DNA of 62,880 nucleotides, filler included, from Dugesia japonica (Eukaryota): NCBI GenBank assembly GCA_001938525.1. It is 6 parts of 6 records of this genome, joined end to end, with 100 filler letters (N's around TTAATTAATTAA, not from the genome) between each part and the next. Parts side by side here need not be neighbours in the genome. Positions count along the whole stretch, not along the records: positions 10,989 to 22,409 come from MQRL01574031.1; positions 22,510 to 37,061 come from MQRL01589998.1; 4 more parts are not named here. One strand, 5' to 3'. Shown piece by piece: positions 14,613 to 28,539 of this stretch (position 1 is its first letter; each line of letters starts with the position of its first letter). The notes under the pieces were generated by a model. It saw only the letters and a program-made list of their open reading frames with translations, ran no database searches and was not told where the DNA came from. The position numbers and the translations under genes were made by a program.

Positions 14613-15179
14613 ACTAACAATTTTAAGAGAAAATTGAGCTATTTTAAAATTTTAAGGGATTCAATACTAAACCCTCTGTTGATAGCAAAAATTTAAAGTT
14701 GATATGCTACCAGTGAAATTTCGATGTAACCAAACCATTTTATTTACAGTTGAATCTTAGATAGTTATAAATCAATAACATATGTCAAGTATCTTGTATA
14801 ACAAGACACTATTGCTTATGGTGTAAGTATATATTTAGTAATATTTTGTGTAAATGTATAAAAATTTAATAAAATCTAGACTTAAAAAATTTCAAATTAA
14901 TGTCTTAATATATATTAAGTGGTTGTAATTTGTACATAGTAAGTTAAAATTTATGCATAAGTAGTTACAATTTGCTCATAGCTTACTAAAATGTGTACAT
15001 AATTTACACACAAATGATTACTATTAGACAGAAAAACCTCTTCATTACCAAAAATATATTTAGAACATTGTTTGTCAGAATTGAAAAAATTAAGTTTGAA
15101 AAGTTTTAATATTTAAACACATAATTATTTCAATAAATTTCTACCAATATTAAAAATTTCAAAAATTGTATAAATATTT

Positions 15180-17309
15180 CATTCTCATATCCCCCTTTTG
15201 TAGGAAATTTTCTGATCTTTTCAACATTTCTTTCTATTACCCGATCCAGATCATCTCAAAGCAGATATCTTCGGTTATGTATCTTTTATACAACTACGAA
15301 TGGACTTACGAAACTATCATGATCTTTATTTCTTGTTTCCTTCTTGACAAGCACTTCTTATCCAATCGCAAATGTTCTCCTTATCAGGTATGAAGCCTTC
15401 CGTATATTGTCTTCCTTTTCTGATTCTAGTTGTATAGATGGAAACCACCTTTNCCTGCTGATTTTTCTACAAAAGACTGGGTTTTTACCTATTGTTTTCT
15501 GCACTGTCACATTCATCACGAATTTAATCTCTGATAGACTTTCTGCCAAAGATTTTGCGTTACTCTCCGCTTTTGATGTCCCAATCTAATCTCCAATAGT
15601 CCAAAATTGCCTTTTTATATGTCAATTTTGTATTATAAAGATAAGAACTTGAAAACATAGTTCAATATTCATCTTATTTGCCGATTTCTTCATTCTTCAC
15701 TCATTTTTCGAATACCTTCCTACAATCTGTATGAATATATTTTGATACCCAACTTTTACATTGATTAGTTCACCACATGTGATTATTTTATGTTTTGTCA
15801 GATGTGTGCGTTCTACACCCCAAACATCTTTTAAATTGACAATTATTTTCAATAACTGTTGATCCTCTTTAATCTTCAAAGTATTTAAGGGTCTTATCAA
15901 TCATTTCCCTTTTTCAATTTGTCTCCCAAATTTTGCTTCAATATTACAGTATCAATATTTTAGAATCGACTTTTCGTAGAAACTATTATCCAAAAATCCT
16001 CTACATATATATTCCTCCAATTAGATCTGGTGTCACTTTTTCTGCAACTAAGAAAGTAACCTCTTTGCTAATGTCATCAATTGTCACCCAAGTTCTAATT
16101 TTCCCAACGATTTCAAGTGTACTTCCATTTGCACAAAGCAATTTTTCATTGCAAATTTTTAAATGTATTAAAACAACTCAAACTTACAATGTAAATTCGA
16201 GACATGCTAATTAAAAGACATTCAACTTTATTTCCTTTCCTAATACCGTAACACTTGATCTTGATTGAAAGTTTATGGTACGAAATATTTGTTTACTGTT
16301 CTGCTTCAATAGTTCCAACCCGTACTACTTTTCTACGATCCTTTTCTATGTAACTTTTCCGATATTATCCCACTTCTCAACGCACTGAGTATAACCAATC
16401 ACTTCATTTAACAATTGAGGTATCCAACCAACTCCTTTACTAGTGGAGCCCAGTCTTTTGGGTACTGTATTTTAGAATCATTTTCATAAACTTCCTCATA
16501 TACATCGTTTGTATTGACGTCTTCCTCTGCATTCGCATTTATTTGATAATAGTGGTTTATTGACCTTCCAGACGTCACAAATGTCTCAGTTGTTTTTTTC
16601 ACTTTCAATTTTGTGTAGCACATTTCTGCCATATTTCAACTATTTACACATCATTTAAGCCTTATTTTTTGACAAAACCTTCTAATATGATCCATCATTC
16701 CACTACCAAAGAATTTTGCTGGATTTTTATCTGGGAAAATTCAACTCGTGTCATTTTCAATGAAAAGTCCAACATTCTACTACATTTTTGTCTGACATTT
16801 CGTTTTTCCTTCTTTTGATCCAAATGTCTATTTACTGTATGACTTACAGGTTTCTGATAATTTCGACTTTTAACTCTGGTGAAGTTCTAACATTGTCAGC
16901 TTGATCTACTCTTTTCTCTATTCAATCCACTCATTTCATTGTTTTTTCGTTTTATTCTATATTCTATCTTTCCGCAAAGTCACTTCTTCAACTTTTTTGT
17001 GATTTGAACAATATACTATTTTTTCTTCTGCAAAACTTTTAATTGTAAATAATCTATCAAATAAGTTCTTTAAATGCTGAAAATAAACTTAAATCTCTTC
17101 ATTTAGTTAATTAACTTTTGAAATTTTAGTAAAATTATCTTCTTTTTTCTCAAATGCCAAACATAAATGAACCTGAAACTCTTCAATCTTTTCAATGCCT
17201 GTATATATTCTTCTAATAAATCGTTATCTAACAAACAAGAAACTAACCTATACTCTTGTTTCAACAAGTTAATGTTTTTAGCCTAAAAATACAAATCACT
17301 CGCTTTATG
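15180..17309 (-). mobile_element. Internally deleted Ty3/Gypsy remnant (gag, protease, RT start, integrase C-terminus, PPT)
   Basis: THLTKHKIITCGE (RT N-terminus), a protease-like segment, the integrase C-terminal region, and a purine-rich PPT (AAAAGGGGGA) at ~15190. Confidence 0.75.
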
Positions 17310-19140
17310 AGTAGATAGATAGTAGTGGAGAACCTCTGAACATATTCAGAACTCCTCCTCCCTCCGACGTAATCGGATTATTACGTAAGTGAGGCTACAT
17401 TTTTCCATATATCTATTTTTCCAATGTAAATAGACGGTGGCACACATTTTTGTGAATTACATAATGTAATTAATTTCGTCGCGACAATATTACGTAAGTG
17501 AGGCTACTTTTTCCTGTGTATTTAGTTGGGAAAAGCATTTTGCACACAAATTATGTCATCAGATTAATTTCATCGGTGAAATTTTATGTAAAAGGATTAA
17601 CTGTTTTCTAATGTATTTAGTTNNAAAAATCTTTTAGGCTTTTTAGGCGGTAACTGTTTTTCATTTTTCTATATGTATATAGTTGGGAAAATATTTTAGG
17701 CTTTCAATGAAAATATTCAATCATGTTTTAAAAGTTCATGTAAATTTGATAATACTATCTCACTCTTTCTTGTCATTATTGGCAAAAGCTTGCTCCCAAT
17801 CTTGTTAATTTTTTCTAACTTAATACAATGAAACATACTATGAATTAAGTGAAACCTGATTTGAATAAGAAATAATTGAATAGGTATTACTTGTTTGTCA
17901 ATATGTTGTTCTAAATAATAATAAATTATAATGTAGTGGGACTACTTACAACAATTGCTTTATTAAATGTACTTGGTTTAATAGTCTTATATTTCATTAT
18001 AAACACCTATATTTCTCAGATTGAAACCAATAGTTTCATTATAAAACCCATATTTTCTGGTTAAAACAAGTATTTTCATGATAAAATTCCTGTTTTCCAT
18101 TAAACCTATATTTTTAATGTTGAATCAAGTATTTCTAATAAAAAAAGACGTATTTTCTATGTTAAACTCATATTTTCTAACAAATTTACTGATGATAAGG
18201 TATTTAAATAAAAATAAACTCATGAAAACCAAATCGCACACAGGTTTGCCAAGGTGCACGTAGGGAACCAAATAGCAAGCAAAGAAGNNNNNNNNNNNNN
18301 NNNNNNNNNNNNNNNNNNNNNNNNNNNNNTTTTTTTAAATAAGAAGCATAACATATCAACTCTTACTCGCTATCACTCAGTCTTATTGTCTTCTTTTATC
18401 TTTAAAATTTTATTTATTAAAGATTAAGATCCAATATAAATTAGAGAAAAATATAGCTAAATAATGTTAAATGATGAGAAATGATGGAAAATAAGGGAAA
18501 ACATAGCTAAATATTGCTAAATAAGGGTAAATCTGGAAAATATGAGGTAAATGACTAAAATAGGTGAAAATAGTGGGAAAATAGGCATAAAGTGACAAAA
18601 ATAGACTAATAAAACATATTAAATGATTAAGTATAAAATAAATGCAGTATATTTACTGACTAGATTTACTCTATTAAATATTTTCTATGTCTAGCCTCAT
18701 ATGCTCTAGTAGTAAAACTTGTATTTTCTATGAATAGTCTATAGTTTTCTATGATAAGTCCATTATTTTCCAATAGTGAAACTCATATTTTCAATAACGA
18801 AACCGTTCTTTACTAATTCTTTATCCAATAGAATAAACCATAACTTATTAATAGAGGCTTATCTTGTTACGTAATCATCAAATAATTTTATCTGAAATTT
18901 ACATGAACTTTTAAAACATGATTGAAAATTTACAGGATCTTTTCCAAAATCAAAAAATCCTATGTTAAAGAACGGGAAAATAATTCTAAAATTTACAATA
19001 ACTTTTTAAAAACTAGTCAAAATTTCCACAATCTTTTTCATCATCGTTGAAAATTTCCAAAAATTTTTCTAAAACTAGTTAAAATTTACATAAACTTTTC
19101 GGTAATAATGACTCTAATACTGAAAATTTCAGTTGTTCCT
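17310..19140 (+). mobile_element. Probable Polinton terminus with a repetitive subterminal region
   Basis: Starts AGTAGATAGATAGTAGTGG at 17310; direct repeat ATTACGTAAGTGAGGCTAC; ~35-bp inverted repeat 17711-17747/18895-18931; several degenerate short tandem arrays. Confidence 0.5.
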
Positions 19141-19585
19141 TTAATAAAAATGTGCATTTTTCTTTGACCGTTATTGGTATTTCAGGATTTAAAATAAAAA
19201 TTTCCAAAAAGAAATTTCAAATATATAAATTAATGATAATAAAAAAAGTTTTCTTTTCAAAATTATTGGAAATTTTTTAAATGGAAATTGACAGGAAATG
19301 AACGATTGAAAGAAATGGCGAATAAGGTAGTAGAGACTATGTATATTCAGTTTATTAATTTACTGAAAAACTAATCAGTGGATTTCGTGCATTTTACTTT
19401 AACACAAAAATATTTTCTAACTGCATATATTCTTAATTAGAATTCAACCACTAATTTACTAATTAAAATTTTTTAATTTTTAAAATATTTTAACTTTATA
19501 TTATTACCAAAAATAATGACCTAAAATAGTTGTTTAAATAATTATACGTGTATTTCATATATTGTTGGATTTTGTTAAATTCTTA

Positions 19586-20050
19586 ATGTCTAGGATTTTA
19601 TTATATTTTATTCATGTTATTGTTCTTACTAATTTTAAAATTTGTGTTTGCAGTTTGACCATAAATGGTTCGATCTCAATACACTCTTTGATTTTTGAAA
19701 AGGTTGAATTAAATAAAATCTGTGAAAAAATTATTATAATAATTAATAGGTTATTAATGCATTTGATTATGTTTTGGTAAAGTTTGATGAGCCTTTTCCT
19801 TATGGAGATAAAGAAGATATTTTTAAAGAAATCGCTTCAGTGACAGTTAATATTCCAAATCTAATAACAGCTACTGTTGGTGTTGCGGATTATGGAGACA
19901 AAGAGAATTTCGATTTAGCAAGCAGATATGAAATAGTTAAATCTGATTTCCCTACATATCTACTATTCAATAGAAGTATAGATAATCCTATAATTTATAA
20001 AGGAGACATCAAAGTTGACTCAATTAAAACCTTCATAATTAAACATACAG
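19586..20050 (+). CDS. ERP29: Endoplasmic reticulum resident protein 29 (ERp29/Windbeutel), exons 1-2 (19586-19702, 19750-20050); C-terminal exon(s) not in this contig
   Basis: Signal peptide, 47-nt GT-AG intron, then VLVKFDEPFPYGDKEDIFK...VGVADYGDKENFDLASRY...FPTYLLF...NPIIYKG, the ERp29 thioredoxin-like N-domain; donor AG|GTAAAC at 20051. Confidence 0.92.
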
Positions 20051-20299
20051 GTAAACAAATTGATTACTTTCTATAATTAAAAATTAAAATTTTCCATTGA
20101 TATAATTGTTATTATGTAATTATTATTAAAAATTGAACTTATCATAATTGGTAATTTTGATAAAAACAGTTAATTAAGTATTTATATAAATATATAAGAA
20201 AATTAAGAAAGAAAATTAATTTAGATATTGAAAGAAATTTTTGATTTGACGCAAATTGCATTTATTCCGCTTAGTAAACTTGTCAAAAGAACATAAAAG

Positions 20300-20560
20300 A
20301 TTGAAAGCCCTGTCTAAACATTCTCGAAATTGTAATATTTGCAATCTAGCCGTATCACTCTTGGGCACCCGAATCTCAGTATCGACTCCTCAATAGTTTT
20401 TCGAGTGGAATATGTTGAAGTATAACGAATTAATTCATTTCCTATTATAATAATTCCTTGCACTGATTTCCTGCTATTTTCATCACAGGAAACATTTTTT
20501 ATTGGATATTTCATTACAGACACTCTTGCTACATCATAGGAATATATCTCTTAGTGCGAG
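20300..20560 (-). mobile_element. LTR-retrotransposon integrase fragment in the ERp29 intron
   Basis: ILRFGCPRVIRLDC integrase core motif. Confidence 0.6.
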
Positions 20561-21124
20561 ACTAATTTGCTGGGTAAAATTGTTGATGAAAACGTTGGAA
20601 TATTTACTAATGACTACCAGTTGTGTAATTGGTAGATGGATAGTGATGCACGTGCACAGACCCCCCTGTTGATGTAATAACTCATAGTTGTACACAACAC
20701 GTAATTCCTTATTACGCCATACATATAATGTTATGTAATGATTTCAATTATGACATCGATTACATAACAAGGTGGGAATTAATGATTTTCCATTCATTTT
20801 CCCTGGTAAACCGCATAAATTTTTCAAAAAATAGTTTCTATTCTCAGATCTCTTTATTGGCATCATTATTCTGTGAATTCTAACGAGGCCAACATCCAAA
20901 TTTCATTTATTTCCAGAGTAATCATCTCCAACCAAACTGAATTGAATTCATTTTTGTATATCAACGCAAACAGTACTGATTTTNNNNNNNNNNNNNNNNN
21001 NNNNNNNNNNNNNNNNNNNNNNNNNNNNNNNNNNNNNNNNNNNNNNNNNNNNNNNNNNNNNNNNNNNNNNNNGAAACAGAAAATGAATTCAATATTGTTC
21101 CATCTTTATCTTCCTCTTCCCACG

Positions 21125-22390
21125 AGATAATATCACCAAATAATTCATCTTCATTCGAGACTGCTAGAAATGCAACAAAGGGTCGGAAAGAGGTACAAAG
21201 TGATCCCATTCCACTATAAAGAATGTCATAATAAGTTATAAATGCCGAATAATATAGAATAGGGCCTCTCAGGAGGGGAGGTGTCTAAGAAAGTGCGACA
21301 GTTTGACACGAGGGAGAGTGGGTAAATATCATAAATATCAATATTTCTACATATTCATTGTTCTGGAACTATTGATAGCGCCACTCGTTCCCGATTAAAA
21401 TGTTAAATCTAGCATCCAAATAGGTACTGTTTGTCAGTTGCATTAATATAAAGTGACTTCAGAGGTCTCGAAACATCGTTCTGGATGGAATTGTGCAGAA
21501 ATGATTGATTGTAGTAACAATCGAGCTAGAGATNGTGAAANTGTAACAATATTACCAATATTACCAACAACCAATCAAAAATAACTAAATTAAACTCAAT
21601 ATTTGCCAGTTTGAATAAATTATTTGATTTCAATTCGATATTTTCACTAATTTCAACTAATTTGTGCTACAACACGTTCCTTTATTCGTCAAGATTATAA
21701 ATCATGTAGAATTTGTGCATAATAATTTCAAATATGCCGCTTTGTTGTGAATTAATCGAAATTTCATGTGAAATTCTAGAAATAGAATAAAATTCTCGGG
21801 AAATCGANCCGTTTTTCTTAATTTTCTCAAGAAGAAACACGAGTTGGCAGTTTTAGTTAGAGACAAATCTATTTTATGATTGCACAACAAATGATTATGT
21901 TGAAAATGTAACCATGGCGATTGATTGTTTCTCCAGGCTGTTTCCTTCATCATAAAATGGAGCGGAAATACTAACAAATGCGTATATTACGTGTGCAATA
22001 ATTATCAATCATGTAAATTATCATACAAATATACAGAAATAATTAACTTTAAATTACTTTCTACGAATATTTATTACTTTTCGCAAAATTGCTGATAAAA
22101 TTACCTGCAAATACAAACAAAAAAACTAATTTTATTCAATTTACCTGTAATAGCGCCACTCGTTCCCGATTAAAACGTTGAATCTAGCATCCAAATAGGT
22201 ACTGTTTGTCAGTTGCATTAATATATTGTGACCCCAGAGGTCTCCAAACTGCGTTCTCGATGGAAACTATAGTTTAGCTACCATTCATCAAATAATACCA
22301 AATAATCCATATTTGAACTCTTTGTTCACCTTCGAGACGGCAAGAAATGCAACAAAGGGTTGGAAAGAGGTACAAAGTGACCCCATTATA
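21125..22390 (+). repeat. Permuted direct repeats A-B...B-A
   Basis: B at 21374-21490 and 22149-22265 (~115 bp, ~90% identical by eye); A at ~21125-21212 and ~22290-22388. Confidence 0.8.
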
Positions 22391-22409
22391 ATTTGAGTGT
22401 GTAGCAATC

Positions 22410-22509
22410 NNNNNNNNNNNNNNNNNNNNNNNNNNNNNNNNNNNNNNNNNNNNTTAATTAATTAANNNNNNNNNNNNNNNNNNNNNNNNNNNNNNNNNNN
22501 NNNNNNNNN
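22410..22509. other. Artificial contig spacer
   Basis: N44-TTAATTAATTAA-N44. Confidence 0.97.
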
Positions 22510-23599
22510 AAAGTATATTAAATTAAAAATGACTGATAACTAATTAATATTATTATATGGAAATTATTATATTTATATATTTTGGTTTAACTGAGTTAAA
22601 TCAATTAAATAGTAGATGACCTTGAAAAATCTATTATAAAATAAGTAAATATTTATTTGTTAATTTATTTTAATGATTTTTTTTATTTTAGATAAAACAA
22701 AATGAATTCAAAGAAAAATATTTGAACAAACATGACAAGAAGCTTTAATATGGTAAGTTTAATTAATTAATTTATTGTTATTGATTTATATTCTAGACTG
22801 AAAAAATAAATGATGTCTAAGGAATTTATGAATAGAAGTTAGATTTATTAAGATTAAATTTAGGTTAATGACTTTGTTTAATAATTATAAGTTAATGATT
22901 TTATTTTAATAATTTTAATTTAATGATTTTTTTAATTTGATTATAATTTCTTTTCAATTTTTATTGTAATGATTTAAACTTTACATAATATTATCAAATT
23001 TTAACTTAATAATTTTTACTTAATTTAATGATATTAATTGAACTTAATGATTTAACTTAATGATATGACTTAATTATTATGAAAAGAAGCACATTCACGG
23101 GTAATTTATTTTGTTATTTAAACTATTTAATTTGTACTATTAAAATCTAATTTGCAATTAAGATCCAGATTTAAACAACTGTACATAATGTTTCATCAAC
23201 AATAAATTTTATTTTTTTATTAGTTTTTTAATTTGTCTTTTATATATTATTTTTAATATTGTCTGAGAAGCGTCTAATCTTATTATTGCTCGAAGCGATT
23301 TATATTGATGTTAATATTGGTCGGGTTAAATATTTTATGTTAATATTGCCAGGGAAATATTTAATGTTAATATTGTCGGAGAGATTATCACATTCGATAA
23401 ATTTTGTTTAATTAAACCAAACATAAACTTTTCAATAACTTTTCCCTGAAGAAACTCAAAAATTATTCATTTCATTAAATTTAAATAAATTATCATTTAA
23501 TTTCGATTAATTTAAACAAAAATAATTCATTTGACTTAATTTAAACACATCAATAATTTTACTTCATTTTAACAAAATAAATCTAAAATATAAAAATAA

Positions 23600-25300
23600 A
23601 ATACGAATTCAGTATTTAAAAATTTCAATAAAATTTAAATTTTATTTAAATAATCCCATAAAATTTTAGTTGAATCTAAAGACTTTTGTAATAATGTTGA
23701 AATATCGATTAAATCTATTAAAAATTCATTATATTCCTGAAGAAGACAATTTTCAAAATTTTGAATATCTTTAATATAATTTGATTGAGGCTATAACTTT
23801 TTTTTAATAATATCGCCGGAGCGATCAATGGTTAAGTTCATCAATTATTCTCGCAATAATTGTAATGATAAAGCTAACTTGATATTATTAGAATCGTAAT
23901 AAAATGACTGATACAACTGCTATAATAAAAAAATCAGTTAAAGGAACAACTATAGAATTATTCTCCAGAGACCTTCAACCATGAACAGTTGAGGAAAAAT
24001 CACTTAATGCAATAATAAGTTTTTTTGAACCTATAATCCTTTGCATTGTTTCGTTCTTAAAAAAGCTACGATTTTGTTAAAAGCTGTAGGAATTCTTAAA
24101 TTGCTTTTTAATGAAGTTGAAAGTCCAAGAAAGTTTCTTCATATAATATTCAATTTATCATTACTTCAAAAGTTTGAAGAAAAAAGAAAATTTAACAATT
24201 TATCTAAAAGATCCAGGAGGTCTCGAATTAGCTTTATATTTCAAACATTCATCTTAGGAAATTATTCATAATTATCCAGGTGAAGTATTGAGAAAATCTA
24301 GTTTTAATAAACTGACGTTATATCTAAAAATTGACGAATATCTAAGTATATCTGAAAAAAAAATATTTATTCTGGAATTATCTCTAATTTCCCGATGAAT
24401 CTACTGGTGTGCTTTCATTGAATAATTTTGTATTTAATATAAATTATCTAAATAACTTGCCTCAGTGTTGTAAAAGTTTTTTATCGAATCATTAATTTTC
24501 TTTTTAATGTCTTCTAATTGAATAAATTTAGCATAATATGATTTGACTTTCTTTGTTTTATCTCCAAATTCGAACCAAAAAAATATATCCTAGAATAACT
24601 ATTTTAAAATAATAAGAAATAGAAAAAAACGATTGCTTCTATGTTTCTATAAATTGGTATTATCAAATGATCCGTTGAAAATCTCAAATCAATATCATTG
24701 ATAATTATGTTTCCATTTGTATCATTTCTAATTTCCTGTAATTTTTTATTTATTGGTTCAATGCACAATTTGTTTAATTGATTTTCTACAAATTCATTCA
24801 CCTTCTTTTTAATATTTTCTTCAATTTTTAAAATTAATATTGGTGCAGTTTGTTTATTACATTTGTCACCACAATCATAAGTTTCTGTAAGCATTATTTC
24901 AATTATTTTGTCTAGAAGAAGATTGTTTCTGCAAATATCAATGCTTCTTTTTACAACTTCGAGAATCTGATTTTTCTTTTCATTAATCAATTTTAATGAT
25001 AATATTCTGGAATTAAAATCATTTTTAATTTTAATAAATTTTATTATTTCATTGTTTTATTAATTAATAATACAATTCATTCAAAATTAATTACTTATTC
25101 ATTTGAAACTTGGCAGGAATGTAATGTAATTAAACTGTACTAACTCGTCAAAGTTAGAAATATTATATTACAGCTTTTGTTAAAAGGAATTTTATTCTAT
25201 TCATTACTATTAAGACAATGTTGATATAAAAAATCTATGGGAGTATAGATACAATTCGTCTTCTATTTATACTTCATCTAAGATAAAAATGAATTATAAA
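23600..25300 (-). pseudogene. Degenerate multi-exon host gene fragment (helical/coiled-coil), member of a multicopy family
   Basis: 128-aa ORF at 24604-24990 with splice-like boundaries; 23780-23866 is homologous to 57547-57632 on another contig. Confidence 0.4.
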
Positions 25301-26289
25301 CGATGATATAAAGAAAGTTAGACTTAGCTTCATTATTAACCCTAATACATTTACATGTATTTAAAAGAATTCAAAACCATTGTTAAACATAGTAAAATAA
25401 TTTTATTGATGAGGAAAACACTGTAGTGTATATATCCATGGTTTAATGAAATCTGTGTTTAGATGATTAGACTTGATGCAGATTCAATTGATAAATTAGT
25501 AATAAGTCAAATAATTTACTTGGACCATTTGATTTGATCACGTACTGTGTGATATTCGTTTTTTCAAAATTTACTCTCACTTATTGATCTCTCGCTGTTT
25601 ATTTGCTTTTCAAGGAAAGTTTATTCTTTTTTAAAAGAATGCCTATTTTACAAATTAACGAACAAAGGGATGAAAAGATGAATGCTGAACAAGACGAAGA
25701 AATAATGGAAGATATCCGGAAGGTAAAAATATATATTAATAAAGAAATAACCAAAGAAAAAATTAATCATACAGAGCAAATGCCTGATGATCACAAGATG
25801 GTAGTAAGTTTTGATGACGATCAACAAGCAAAAACAGATATTAACGAATTAAAAGATCATTTTTATGTTAATAAATTTAATTAATGTTTATTTATTAAAC
25901 TAATGTTTATTTATTAAATTTTCCTTTAAAATAGGCCATAAAAATAGTCAATGAAGGTTTTCGGAATTCAAAGAAGATTATTAATATGAATTCAGATCAA
26001 TATTGTCAACATATCTTGCAAATAATATGTATCTATATTTATGTTATTATGGATGAATCCATTATAAAATTAGAAATGCAGTTCGTAGTTAATAGAAAAT
26101 AAAACTCGATATGAGATCCTAAAAAACTACATTATCACAGCAGTTGATGATTTCAAAAATTAGTTTGTAATGATATATTAATAAATGTTATTTAAAAAAA
26201 TTGTTTTTTTATAAATATTTGCATTATTGTAAATAGATTTTATTTCATTTTTTAAGTATTAAATAAAAATAATGCAAAAAATATTAATT

Positions 26290-27995
26290 AATACTATATC
26301 ATGGACAACATGTGACACACAATAATCCAAAAATCATGTCTATAAATTTTTATCTGATAGAACTATTAAAAATATACTTGAAACTCATTTTTGCAACACA
26401 TCTACGAGGCCCAATCATGCGCTTGTATCTACCCACTATTACTGACGGTTGTATTTCCAATGCACTACGAATAGGCTTCTTACACAGAAAGAACTCATTT
26501 AAGGATAGATATATTGCAGGACATGATAGATTTGGACTAATGATTTAACAGGAAATGGATTTAAATTAAAATCAGAATGGATTACAAAATTTGATAAGTT
26601 ATGACGATGTTCCAGAAGAAGATGACATGATTGTATTCGAATAAATTTATATAAATACATAACTACCTTTACCTAAAATGTACATGTTAGCTAAAATAAA
26701 AGTAATAAATGTGAAATTCTTATAAATAAATAATATTTAGCGAAGATATTTTGAAAAACCTAAAAAATAAGACATCTCCCAATAATACGCAATAGCACGT
26801 ATTTTGGACTAAAAAAGAAAGTAAAACCGTTTCTATTTTTGGAAAAAGACTGTAGCATAAACGTGCAGATGAAGAGAATTGTTTGTTCAATCAGAATTTT
26901 CTAATAATAAAATGAATATTATAAACAGATTCGATAAAAATCGGAGCACGAGATTGAAACGTGGTGATATTAGAGTTGTTGACGATATGTATCAGGAAGC
27001 AATTTAGGAAAAGAATTTCAATAATTTATTCACAAAAGTATCAATGTAGTTGTGACTGTGATATTCATTACTCAAAATCTATTTTATGAAGGTAGTATTT
27101 ACATAACACGTAATTTAAACGTGTAATACCTGGTTCCATTTAAAAACCCTAGAGATCAAAAGTTGTAGATTTTCTATCAAGAGAGACTTAACCTAATAAT
27201 AATTAACACTTTCTTATTGAATCCTTTCAAAATGCAACAGAAAAACCATATGAATATCGATTTCTTGACTTCCCTCAGCAATGTCCAAATGAAAATAAAG
27301 TGAGAACAGATATATTCAATCCAAACGGTATAACTGTGTATAAACAAACTAGTCAATTCTGTGCCTGTTAAAAATTGGCTAATTTTTATAAAATTCTTGT
27401 TGATCATCATGCTAATAGTGGTGTTGGTAAATATCGAAAAACGTCTGTTGTGAAGAAAAAGAATGGGCAAAGAGGAAACAATCGCATAAGCTATTGCATA
27501 AGAAAAAACTTGTAAATAACAAGCACTTGAATATGTTTAAAATACTGGCAAACAATTATAACAAATTATATAATTATCTATTATTTCCTCAACCAAGAAT
27601 TATTTGCTCTAAGTTTTTTAAGGACTGAATGAGTAACATTTCATATTCTAATGCATAAATTTTATAATTATACGATCATTACTGACCGAGAAATTTCTAA
27701 ATCAAAATAAGTGATTTAGAACGCTACAAAGAGAACCAAAACCGCTCGAGAAAAGTAATATTCACATACGGTATTTAATTTTGAGTTCTACCGTGGCAAA
27801 TTAGAAATGATACGATAAAAATTCACCGAATAAATTCTAAAACAAAATTTCGAAATTCGCTCTTCTCGAGATCAAATTCAAGCAATAAAATTTGAAATTC
27901 AAAATTTTCGATATATCAAATTCCGAAAATTCTAAACTAGAAAATCAAACCATTTTGTCAGCGTAGGGGGGGTTTAGTGTGCAACTATCTATCTA
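26290..27995 (+). mobile_element. Polinton/Maverick remnant: pPolB C-terminal traces, packaging ATPase and terminus
   Basis: ATPase motifs VVDDMYQE, IFITQNLFYEG, FKNPRDQ, NATEKPYEY.FLDF, RTDIF (~26960-27320); weak pPolB WTNDL...WIT; terminus ACTATCTATCTA at 27984-27995. Confidence 0.8.
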
Positions 27996-28539
27996 ATTAA
28001 ATAAATTATTAATAATAAAAAAGTATTACTTTTCAGTATATTTGGATCCAAAATGACTAAATACTTCACAAAATTTATCAATTTCAATGGATAATTTCGA
28101 TTGAACATTTGCATATAGATGAAATTTAACATCTTTTTGAATCTTAATAATTTTTTTTATAAACTTATAAAATTATTTGTCTTTACCATAATATCACATT
28201 TTAGTCGAGCAAAATCTTCAAATTGAATGGGGAACTTAACTGACATGAAATATAATGGATCGAAATTTAACATAAGATTCGTTGCATACTGCTGACCAAA
28301 TAATGCAAAAAAATCTGTACGTAAAGAAATTTTCACATTTTCCTAAAATAAACACAATTATTAATAGATAAAAAAATTATTATTGGTATAATAAATATTT
28401 TTACTTTTCTCCAAAAAAAACCAAATCCTGATTTTTAGTTAAAAAGCAAATAATTTTTATACACCAATTCTCTAGCTGACACAGCTGATTTATACATTTT
28501 CGTAATAATATTAGGAAAATAGTATTTTTCTACTACATT

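Noticed and set aside
25603-26165. Acidic 93-aa ORF with possible downstream exons
   Set aside because: No consistent spliced frame or homology could be established by eye
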